A stretch of DNA of 64,000 bases from Utricularia gibba (Eukaryota > Plantae > Magnoliophyta): positions 2,170,001 through 2,234,000 of the forward strand of contig NEEC01000018.1 of assembly GCA_002189035.1 (NCBI GenBank), given 5' to 3'. The position numbers and the translations under genes are program-made. Of this stretch, positions 38,423 to 49,572 are shown in pieces (positions within the stretch are counted from its first letter, which is position 1; the number at the start of each line of letters is the position of its first letter). The notes beneath the pieces were generated by a model. It searched no databases. It was not told the DNA's origin and worked only from the letters and a program-made list of their open reading frames with translations.

Positions 38423-38575
38423 AACCATAACTCGAGTTAGGTACTTAAAATCGTACTAAGCAACCATAATTCGAGTTAGGTGCTTAAAATCGTACTAAGT
38501 AACCATAATTCGAGTTAGGTATTTGAACGGTGTATTCTCTTCGTATTAAGTCCCTCCCCCACCATAATTCGAGTT
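38423..38575. repeat. 39-bp tandem repeat (aaccataattcgagttagg...) upstream of GT77 copy d
   Basis: Units start at 38423, 38462 and 38501, with a partial accataattcgagtt at 38561. Confidence 0.88.
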
Positions 38576-39112
38576 GTCCCCCCTTTTTTTATACGCACTA
38601 TTTGAAGTACCAAAATGCACGTAGACCCATTTAAAAAAGAAGAACTTGGATGGACCAAATGGTTGATAGGATTTTAGACAGTAACACGAATCTGTAAGTT
38701 TGTTCTTAACCCTAACAACAGATTTGAGAAAGGAAATTAAGAAACAAAAAAATGAGCAAAGCACCAAGATTTTTGCGAGGAAATCCTTTCCGGAAAAACC
38801 TAGAATGTTCCACACACAGGGCGAAATGCCTCACTATCAACCGTTTCAAAACAACAAGACACTGCCACTTTTGCGAAACGGGGCCACGAGGAAGCGAAAC
38901 AATAACTAGCTTGAAGTCTTTTAACAAAAATAGGTAGTAATTTATTATTAACACAGTTTGCTTTTTTCAACAACATTGGCGAAAATTGAAAACATTTCAT
39001 GAAGATAGAATTTTATTTTAACATAGGACCAGTTCGCGGCCTTGCGAAAGATCGAAGCAAATAAGTATGAAACTAAGCAGCATCCATGCTCAAGTTTAAT
39101 GCGACAGAGAAA

Positions 39113-40090
39113 TTAAACCAAGATCCAGTGCTCTTCATCGACCTTGACTTGGAAGCCATGGATCTTAGCGAAGAGCTCGACGGCTCTTTTGACGCCATCC
39201 AAAGCGATATCGTGGCCAAACAGAACACCCCCGGGGCGAAGAAGCTTGAACCCATTGTTTATGTCAATCCAGGCGGAGTGGAAGTCGTGAGCCGCATCGA
39301 TCTCCACCAGATCGGCGTAGATGCCCCACGTGCAAAGCCCGTCGAGTCCATTCGTAGTGGAGAAGGGCAGGAATATGATGTTTTCAGTAGCATTGGCGGT
39401 GTCCACATTGAGCATGAATTGGTGTAGAAGGATGCTGTCGCCGTTGATCATTTTTATTGGTGGGTGTAAGGGCCAGCTCCGAAAGTCGTCCACGCAGATG
39501 ATCAGGGTGTCGAGGCCTAGTTTCCGGACGATCCTCGCCATGTGGGTCGCCGAGGCGCCGAGGAAAGTTCCGGCTTCGATGATGACCTTGGGCTTCACCT
39601 GACGTGAAAAAAAAAAAAAAAGCTCGCTTCACGTTGAAGAGTTTACGGCAATTTAACTAGCCTTTTTTTTTTACCTGGGCAATCAGGCGTTCGAAAACTT
39701 GGTTGTTTGAGCCCATTCCACCCCATATCGTCCAGTCACGGCGGAGATGCGGAGCCGTGTTCGGCGGAGGGAAGTTTTCCCAAGGCGATGGCCCCTGGAA
39801 AACCTTGTCGAGAATGACTTTTCGCTCGGTGCCGCTGGCGACGGGGTCAGCGCATTTGATGTAGGAGAAATCTTGGTGATCTTCGAGTTTAGATACCTGT
39901 GGGAAGTAAATCAACACAAGATTTGATCAAAATGATTGAACCTCATAACTGATTTTACCGGTGGAGGATTCGGAGATATGGTTTGGTTATGAGAGGAGTA
40001 TCCCAGCAGAAAAGCTGTGGCAAAGACGATGACCAATGCAGCAAGTTTACCAAGGCTCTTGTAAGGATGTGAATCATCCTTAGTCCCCAT
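39113..40090 (-). CDS. Membrane-anchored class I SAM methyltransferase MT2; exons 40090-39959, 39896-39675, 39598-39113 (279 aa)
   Basis: TM LAALVIVFATAFLLGY. IIEAGTFLGASA, ICVDDFRSW, EIDAAHDFHSAW, LRPGGVLFGHD. Phase-0 GT-AG introns. Confidence 0.9.
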
Positions 40091-40439
40091 AATGCTTACT
40101 GTAGTTATGGATGCTGAAATGTCTGTGATTCTTGTAAGGAAAATGAGGTTATTTATTTTGAAAAGATATCAGACGAAAAAGTACTGATCGAAGTACTAGT
40201 TAAGCCGTTTGGTTGGGATATTTAGGTGGGTGTTAATGTAGGTTTAGCAATAAACCCATGTTTGAAAATGAGGTGTGACAATGGGTTTTAATTAATTAAA
40301 AGGATATATTGATAATTTTACACAAAAAAATCAATAAAATCATAGTTTTATACCCATGTACTAAATATATTTTGATTTTAAATCCAAATAAATTATAATC
40401 ATTAACCAAACAAAGATTATCTTTTAAACTAACAAAAAT

Positions 40440-40860
40440 ATATTTATCATCAACAAAAACATGATAAATAATTATTTCTTAAATACACAATTTTAATAAA
40501 ACATAATTATGTTTTTAAATTATTACTTGTTTTATAAATTAATTTCATTTGACTTACAATCCATTACAAGAAGTTTCCCATTGTGTGGTGTCATTCCCGC
40601 ATCGCCCCGACTCGGGGACACGTGTGTGTACAACAAAACACATGAGCATGTGGTCAGGAGTCGCGACGGTGGCCGTGGATTTGCTGGCATGCGTCCGCTC
40701 GAACACCTGGAACGGAATCCGACAAGAAATAGAAAACACCGAATCCATTTTGCGATCCCAAGCTCTGGAAAACAGCACACCAGAGCAAAAAGAAGGAAGC
40801 AGGCAGCAGCACGCATCTCCTTCCACTTTGGGTTCTCGGGTGACCCATTTTCGAAATGGG
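40440..40860. repeat. Duplicated block, paralog of 35720-36125
   Basis: Direct sequence similarity. This copy has an extra ggtcaggagtcgcgacggtggcc segment. Confidence 0.85.
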
Positions 40861-41813
40861 AATCTCCACACTTCCCTAGGAAACCAAACCCCAGTCCCAC
40901 TTAACCCGAGTGAGGGCCCAGAGAGTGGTTAACTTAACCACGGTCAGGCTAGCCATTTCGAACCGGAACTTGAAACTTGAACTTGAATCCATTATCGCGC
41001 ACTAATTGCATTTTTAATTCCATTCAATACTCATCATTTCCTAGGGCCAAACAATAATGTGTTGCTGTCCCTAGTGATTTGGGAGATTTGACCAACGGGG
41101 CTGCACTCCCACTGCTTGCTGTTCCACTCTTCATCTTCCCCATTGACTAGTAGGGCAAAAGGGTCACTCTTTTTTTTTTCTTCGAATTTGAGATCCTGTG
41201 GAGTAGGATGTCAACGTAGAAGGGATACATAAATGCAGTGGGAGTTAGATGAGGGAAAGAATGGGAGGTCTAGACGTGACCCCAATTATCATAATAATCA
41301 CTCGAGTCAATTATAAGTGCAACTAATGACATGCACATTAAGATCAAAGGGTAAGTTCACGATCGTTAATCTTATTATATAATATTGCAGGTTTCGAACA
41401 TTTAAATTTTCATAATTTTATGTTTTATTCTTTTGGGATAAAGATCTTTAAGAGAATGGTACGGTTTAGAGTACTAAATTACCCTAAATGGTCAATTTTT
41501 TGTTCTAGTGGCTGAACACAAATCGAATTCATAACACTTCACACTGTTTTAGGTCAACGGGTAGAGATGCACACGTCCGGGAACTATGTGACACTGTATA
41601 CTTTACTATATAAAAATGTTAGAAGGAAAATGGGACAATTAATATCGACGTGTCGAAGGATCCGTGTCGCTTGTTTCAAAAGGACACGTGAAAAATGAAA
41701 ACGTCGCATGGAGATGAAATTTTATTTTGGGGTTGAACGAGTACACGTCCCTTAAGCTTGAGGAAAAGAAGCATGAAATTGAGCATGCATGTAAGTGTGA
41801 TGCAATTGGGAAG

Positions 41814-42793
41814 CTACACCAAGATCCAGTGCTCTTCATCGACCTTGACTTGGAAGCCATGGATCTTAGCGAAGAGCTCGACAGCCCTTTTGACGCCATC
41901 CAAAGCGATATCGTGCCCAAAGAGGACGCCCCCGGGGCGGAGGAGTTTGTACCCATTGTTTATGTCATTCCAGGCGGAGTGGAAGTCGTGTGCCGCATCG
42001 ATCTCCACCAGATCGGCGTAGATACCCCACGTGCATAGCCCGTCGAGGCCGTTCGTGGTGGAGAAGGGCAGGAATATGATGTTTTCAGTAGCATTGGCGG
42101 TGTCCACATTGAGCATGAATTGGTGTAGAAGGATGCTGTCGCCGTTGATCATTTTTATTGGTGGGTGTAAGGGCCAGCTCCGAAAGTCGTCCACGCAGAT
42201 GATCAGGGTGTCGAGGCCTAGTTTCCGGACGATCCTCGCCATGTGGGTCGCCGAGGCGCCGAGGAAAGTTCCGGCTTCGATGATGACCTTGGGCTTCACC
42301 TGACGTGAAAAAAAAAAAAAAAGCTCGCTTCACGTTGAAGAGTTTACGGCAATTTAACTAGCCTTTTTTTTTTACCTGGGCAATCAGGCGTTCGAAAACT
42401 TGGTTGTTTGAGCCCATTCCACCCCATATCGTCCAGTCACGGCGGAGATGCGGAGCCGTGTTCGGCGGAGGGAAGTTTTCCCAAGGCGATGGCCCCTGGA
42501 AAACCTTGTCGAGAATGACTTTTCGCTCGGTGCCGCTGGCGACGGGGTCAGCGCATTTGATGTAGGAGAAATCTTGGTGATCTTCGAGTTTAGATACCTG
42601 TAGAAAGTTGAAGTGAATCAACACAAGATTTGATCAAGAGGATCAACACAAGATTTATCACCGGTGGAGGATTCGGAGATATGGTTTGGTTATGGGAGGA
42701 GTATCCCAGCAGATAAGCTGTGGCGAAGAGGATGACCGATGCAGCTAGTTTACCAAGGCTCTTGTAAGGGTGTGAATCATCCTTAGTCCCCAT
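41814..42793 (-). CDS. Membrane-anchored class I SAM methyltransferase MT3; exons 42793-42662, 42597-42376, 42299-41814
   Basis: Tandem paralog of MT2 with the same exon lengths (132/222/486 nt) and motifs. Confidence 0.9.
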
Positions 42794-43178
42794 AATGCCT
42801 ACTGTAGCTATGGATGCAAAATGTCTGTGATTCTTGTAAGGAAAATGAGGTTATTTATAGAACTTCTCAGGATCAAACAGAAGTACATCAATGAGGTAAC
42901 CTGAACAAGTGATGATCAGTGTTGCTCAGGAAATTGCAACAATAAACTTAGAAACAGTAAACAATTTTTCTATAGCCGTCCAAGGTTCAAGCTTTGTTTC
43001 CTGGTGAGGTAGTTGTACATCTAAAGAAGACTCTTGATACTGCCTGTCTCCACTCTCTTCTCAGATCAAAAAAACCAATCTGATTTCTCTTAAAAAAACC
43101 GTTTCAACAAGAAATAGGTTCATTCTATTGAGGCTGCTGTGCTGTACTTGAGGGACAGATCGAAGACGGAGATACTAT

Positions 43179-45558
43179 CTATTCGCTTCCGCTACTGTAT
43201 CGAGAAGCTGCTCAGGCAGACATTTGTGTGTCATTGAGTTGAACTAGAGCAACTTAGAAGAAAAGGAACAAGGAGTGCTTGCATACCTCCAGAAGGCCGC
43301 TTTCCCTCCATGGCTTCTTTCTTCTCTTGGCATTTAGAGCACAGGAAGGGGCCATCCCATGGACGTAATTTCTTTGAATCGGATCCTGCATGAATCGAAG
43401 TTCCTTCTCCGGGTTTTACTTCTACTTGACAAACCGCACACATGAAGAGCTTGAACATGTTGGAGACAGGGTACTTGGAGTCGAGCCTGAAAGTGTGAAA
43501 TGGCTTTAGAAAAATATCATAAATCAGCAGAACTTGATGAGAACCAATCTCTTGACACCTTTCTGATAGGGAAGCTGATCCTTCCTCAAAAAGTTCCTCA
43601 ACTGCATCTGGCTCAGAAAACCCGTCTTCCTTGTCACTGCGAGATGATGACTCTGAAGACTTCTTGCGAAATATAGCCTTCAGGACTCCTTTCCCTGGCT
43701 TCTTCGGAGGCAGCTTTGGAGGATCAGGTTTCTCGGGAGGCAGTATATCGACCACAATACATGTCGTGTCATCACGAAGGCCCTTTACTTGCACAGCTTC
43801 CTAGAGAATGAGAAGCAGAGATTTGGGTAAATAGATGGTGTTTCATTGTGTCTAGCAGCATATAAACATATAATGTGCAGGAAACTCTACTTTGACGATC
43901 TGTGAAGCTGCACTGTCTGGTAGCATCCCTCGACAGCACTCGAAGGCTGCTTCCGGAGATAATGCATCCCAAACTCCATCGCTTGAGACAATAAGTCTTC
44001 CACCAGATGATGATAGCTGTGGAATAAAAGATTCTGAATAAACCAAAGAAGCCAATATTTTGCCCAGAGTGTGATGATAAGCAGAAACACACCTTTACTT
44101 GCTTCACATATGGTACAGGTACAATGTATTCTCCAACATCCATATCACCAATAGATCGTGAAAGACATAATCCCCCCGGCCAGCATCGTAGTGGACCAAT
44201 CTGGATATGGATCCAACATGCTGATTAAGAATATATTTTACCCTGAACTAACCGGTCAACAGCTTGAAGTTTAGAAGGTTTGCAATACCTCCGTGCCACC
44301 ACCGGTGTTAAGCCGGCCTACCTCTCCACCACTTGAGGTTATTCGCTCCCTCCTGTTTCAGTGACATATTATGTCAGATATGAACATCACATTCCCAACC
44401 GTCGAAAAAGGAAATAGTCTTACTCTTCCTCACTGCATTCAAGTCTATGATCTGCTGACAGAAAAAATATTTCTCCTTCGGCAGACTCAAGAATGCTACG
44501 AGAATCACCAACTGAAGCAACTGTTAAGACCCATCCCTCAATTATCACAAGGGTCACTGTTGTTCCTGACGTTTGTGCTGACAAGGTTTAAGGATCCGTA
44601 AGTGTGTAGGCATGCATGAAACAATAAGGAGCAAGACCAGACAGCCTGATAAGCCGGTATAATCAAGTACTTGAAACCACCAATTAAGCAATAGTTATAT
44701 GACTTCCAACTAAGCTCTTTGAGACATCCAGCATATTTGCAAAAAAGTTGTTTTAAAAATAACCATACCTACGTCCTGGAAATCCTTGTCTGTTTTGACA
44801 AAACCTGCAACCATTGCCCGAGGAAGGGCCAAGAGCCATTCATCAGTACTGAGATCTGGAGGAATAGCACTCAAGACATTATTCAGTAGATTTTCCTTCG
44901 CATATATAGCAGCTGCTGATCCATTGTGGCCATCAAACAACTGTTGGTTCGCCAAATATATCAATACCAAGCGTTAGAAAGTACGCTCTATGTACACATT
45001 ATGATTACAGAGAAATGTTAAAAAGATTACTGAAAATTCTTGATAAAGAATAAAGCTCCGTCTATTGCCTTCTGGTTCACAACTGATTTCCCAACCAAGA
45101 TTTTCTTTTCTTTCTGTTTACAACTTTGTCCAGCATCTACTATTAAAACCAGGCTAAAAAATGGATCCAATACTATCATGGAAAGCAGGTCCAAAACAAC
45201 ACCTACATTGCTCTAGGTAAGTGAGTTGCTCTACCCCCCTTCAATTACCGAATTTTCCTATAATTAAGCGATACCATTGCACAAAATTCAACACAGCGAC
45301 CAAACACAAACAGTGTATTCACAAAAGAAAATAAGCAGGGTTCAATGATCATACTGCAAAAACGGAAAATGTGGTGACCCCATCTCCCAATGCTCTTTGG
45401 CATTCGGTTTTCACAAATGTAAAGTCTTCGCCTTTCTTACTTTGGCTCGCCTGACCATGAAAAATCTCTGGCCTCTCGATCTTCTCATTAACCAACTCCC
45501 GCTTCAACAACACCGATAATGGAACCGTGTGATTATAATTACCCTTAGGCAACATCAT
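43179..45558 (-). CDS. Protein phosphatase 2C (multi-exon, with C-terminal Cys-rich CAVCQV...CSKCQ region)
   Basis: VPLSVLLKREL, KKGEDFT, SVFA|LFDGHNG, ALPRAMVAGFVKTD, SDGVWDA, GLRDDTTCIVVDILP. Last exon ASRYSSGSE* with stop at 43181-43179. Confidence 0.92.
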
Positions 45559-46328
45559 AGACCGCTAAAATCACAAACAGAAGCCCCCCAGAAAGCATTC
45601 AGAGGAGATGATCACAATGGGATGTAATTCGAAAGAGATCAACACAGGAACCGGCATCCTCCCCCTCTCACGAAGGCAATGGCGGGTTTTACAAAAACAT
45701 TGCCGGCGAGATGACCCAGAACGAGAAGGTAACAGGATTCGCAATCATCATTCATCAAGGGACGCAGATCCCGGCAGCGTCCAATCCCCACCCAGGCCGG
45801 CCCCCAATCAATAATTGATTCTTGCGCGTTTCCTTCGGAGAGATCAACACAAACAACACAACAACAAAGGCAACGTTAATGCCAGGCATTAACGGTCTTT
45901 TCCTTGTTATTACATCGGATCCCCAAAATAATTAATACCATATTTATTAAAAAAAAAGGAAATTCCTTTCTAACCTACCTTAGTTTCTGGAATTAATATT
46001 TCTAAAAAATAAAGCGCCGGATCGGAGGGAAGAAGACGAGGGCCCTCCAACCAGACCAGTACGGCTCGGCTGCGCTCCCTCCCTCCCTCATCATCCGTTT
46101 TAGGTTGGCAGTTGGTAGTTGGTACTTGAAGCTATTAATTGCATTAACCATTTTATTTGGCTTTTTTTACTTATATATCACAAAGAAAATAATAGAAAAT
46201 TGGAAAATATTTTTACTACATAATTTAATTTTAATTTCCCTTCTATAAAAAAAATATTTATACTTTTTTACTTTTAGGAAATTAAAAATGGGTTATACAA
46301 ATTTTTACTTTTTTACTATGTACCATCG

Positions 46329-48065
46329 TCATAGTCTGGATCTGCGAATGCATTTTATGGGATTAAAATGTGGGAGTCTCCGTCCGGCGGTTATGGCTCC
46401 GGGTCCCGTCTCCCAGTCCTCGACGTTTCTGGGGAAAGAATGGCCGAACAGCAGCTGGCCGAGGACGCCGGTGGTGATCATCTTCTCCGGTGGGACGGAG
46501 AAAGAGATGTAGTGCTGCTCCCCCTGAATGTACCCGGCACCATGGCTGTCGTAGCACTCGATGAGTGAGTCATCTGTAGAGTCGACGGCTGGCCCATTGA
46601 AGCTCGAGCTTGGATTTGCTGCTGCTCTTCTTAGGTTGCACGAGTGAGGAGAGCTACTGGCGCCCATCCCAATCTTCTCAACTTTCTGCTGCTGTATCCT
46701 TTTGGAGTAAACAGTTGCAGCTTTGGTAAGTAGTTCGGTTGCAGCAGCCTTGTATTCTTCAGGGTAGCGCCGGAAATGCCCTGGTCATGTTTCCGATACA
46801 GAAAGAGGGAGGATTGTTTTAAAGAGGCTGCCGGAGTCAGAATCAATATGCCAGGCTCATCAAAACTATGCAGATTGCATACCGGCATGAGGTGAGCATT
46901 TCCATTTAACAAGAGTAACATCGCCGCCGAGTTGTCGAAGCCGTGATGCGAAGTTGTAGATGACTTGAAACGGGGCAAGATCATCATCCTCAGAGCAGAA
47001 TATGAGATAGGGAGCCTTCATTGTCTGAAACGGAATCAGTAACATTAGAGACTGATAAGAAGAGGTCACACATAAGCAGCTTGATCGGTATGCTCTGAGA
47101 CTCACAATTGTGGAGTAGAGAGTTTGCCAATACTCAGCACGCTGTAATTCAAAGTGGCTGAGAAAGAGTCTGTCTAGACATGAAGATATTCCTTCTGCAA
47201 TCCATGAAGCTAGACGCGGAGGCCGTGACATTCCAAGGGTGCTTGGATGAAGAACGAAACGAGTGCCCAAGTCACTGACAAAGTCCACCGGAGTAGAATC
47301 GAAAACATAACCGGAAACACAGTCTCGAACTAGTCGATAGTCATCCTTCAAATGAAAAATGAGAATGTTCATCCTCATACACAGAAACCAGCCACTCATA
47401 CAAGGTGCAAGGAGAGAAAGGATAGGTTACCAAAAAGGCTTGCCCTTCACACTTTCCCTGGATTATCTGAAAACAAGTGACGGGGAGTGAGCTTGTTGCA
47501 AGAATTGAGCACCAACATCATGCAGAAAGGTGTGAAAACACTTGCCGCGTTGTTGAACAGGAGTTATACCTGATGAACCTTGTACATGCATGCTTTAGGA
47601 CCACCCGAAAAAGATGAAAATACAACGGGGCGTGGCCTGAGTTTCAGTTCCTTTTCATGAATACAATCAGGTCATATTCTAACATATGCCACAAACGTTA
47701 AATATCTCCATTCTTCGAGAACTCCTGAAGTGTGTAAAAGTTTGGAGAGACTTACTTGAACAAGCTGATTGATGATTCCAAGTGCCAAGATTGCTGCTTT
47801 CTCTGGAAAAAACCTGCAAATCAATCAAATACAGGCATCATCATATGAAGGGGGAAGCATATAGGATACGAGGAAAAGAGAAAGCTTACAAATTGAGAAA
47901 TTGGGAATGACAGACTAGTGAATTCCAGCCAAGAGATGAGTAGAAATCAACATAATTCTTTAAATGCTTATCCTGACTGGATAACCAAGCAAACAGCACA
48001 ACGATTCCTTCAACTCTCCCCTTCTCCCTTCTCCCCCAGTAATACCTTCCGCCCAATCCCCACAT
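46329..48065 (-). CDS. DUF829 / TMEM53-like alpha-beta hydrolase-fold protein (multi-exon)
   Basis: Exon 1 MWGLGGRYYWGRRE...VVLFAWLSSQDKHLKNYV..YSSLGWNSLVCHS. Later FSGGPKACMYKV, FDSTPVDFVSDLG, PYLIFCSEDDDLAP and GHFRRYPEEY. Ends CIRRSRL*. Confidence 0.88.
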
Positions 48066-49207
48066 CTAGAAACACCCAGAACAAAAAAAACCAAAACGAA
48101 TAGAATCAAGTATTTCTTTAAGTTGCAGATGCTGGATTTTCAATTGAGTCATCAAAGGCTCAAAAGTATCTATCCTTCCACTGTTGAAAACAGGGGAAGA
48201 AGCTGCGAAGCCATTGTGACCGGACAAAATTTGTCAACGACGATCCTTACACAGTAACCTGAATAAAGAAAAAAAAGAAAGAAAATGAGGAGCACAAACT
48301 GGATCCGCCTTCATCCGACGAATCATGGCCAACCCGACCCAACTGCAACAGGTGATCAATCCATCAAGATAAGCCCAGTAAGCAAGGTGTGCTCCCAGTT
48401 AATATAAAGCCGTGATTCGAATTTTACTTTGTCAATGTGGAGGTTACGTGCCGTCTTTCGTTGACATCTATTAAGAATACACGAGTTTCTGCGAGGGCAG
48501 ACAGCGATACACGACGAAGGGCTCTGGCCGAGGTTCGTATTCCTTCATTCTTTGCGATTCATTCGGTTCGAAGAGCTTTTCCATGTATAGTTGTGTAGGT
48601 TATTCTTTTCCGGGATTTATCTGGGTTTATACCAATTGTGTTACATTGTTGGTTTCAAGAATTGATGGAAGTGGGAATTCGCAGTCGGGAATAGGAACCC
48701 AAAAAGAAAGGGTTTTCGTGATATGATTCGCTGCGTAAGCTCAATTGGGCTACCCCACACATTGATACAGGGCAAGGAACGGGCAACTGATTGCTCTGGA
48801 AAGTACCGATCTTTACGACATGGATGGAGCTTCTAGGATTTATTTTGTCTTTTGAAGACTTTTGGTCATTTTAGATGTCTCCGCTTCCTGAACTTAACTA
48901 GTTTCGTTTCCCAATGTCGAGCTCCTTTGATTGTCAGCCGTTTCTTACCTCTAGCAGGCTTTGTTGTTCCATAGGATGAACGCACTTGCTTTTTTCTACC
49001 CAACCCAGCGTGGTGGTACTTGGCTTAGAGTTTGAGTTCTAGGACCCCTGTTCCATATATTCAGCACTGGTCGGATCAGGCAACTAGCTCTGCGTCTCTT
49101 GCTTGATCTTGACAACATTCCATAGCGGCAGCCATGATGATCTGTTTGCTTAAATTTGAATTCTCAGGATCAGCACGGGGGGATTTGCTTCAATGGGAAG
49201 GTGAAAA

Positions 49208-49420
49208 ATGACTAGTCCTCTAAAGAAAGAGACGAGCTTTGGCGAACAGAAGCCAAAATGGAATGTGTTTGAAGATGTCAAGAGGATCTACATTGCACCA
49301 GAGGCGTTAATGGCGGAAATAAATTCTTCCATTAGCGCACTTGAATATGCTCGTGCTTCCACTTTCTTGCAATCCATGAGCCCCTCTGTTTCAAAGACTA
49401 AAACACAGCAGAAAGACTGA
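49208..49420 (+). CDS. Short 70-aa ORF resembling the N-half of a conserved uncharacterised plant protein
   Basis: ATG ORF after a likely 5'-UTR acceptor (ttctcag|gat at about 49168). The segment IAPEALMAEINSSISALEYARA looks like a conserved helix (from recall, unverified). Confidence 0.45.
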   Translation: MTSPLKKETSFGEQKPKWNVFEDVKRIYIAPEALMAEINSSISALEYARASTFLQSMSPSVSKTKTQQKD

Positions 49421-49572
49421 TTTCTGCATATACATTCATTTGTCTGAAATTCTTGATCAAACTCGTTTATATGTAAATTTCTTTTATGTACTGGAAAAAT
49501 ATATAATATGTTCCCAAAAAGCGAAAAGCATACAATTATTCTGATGATGAATTATACTTATCATCCCACCAA

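Noticed and set aside
38423-38575. 39-bp and 113-bp direct repeats considered as CRISPR-like arrays
   Set aside because: Head-to-tail repeats without unique spacers, in eukaryotic context, with no cas genes.
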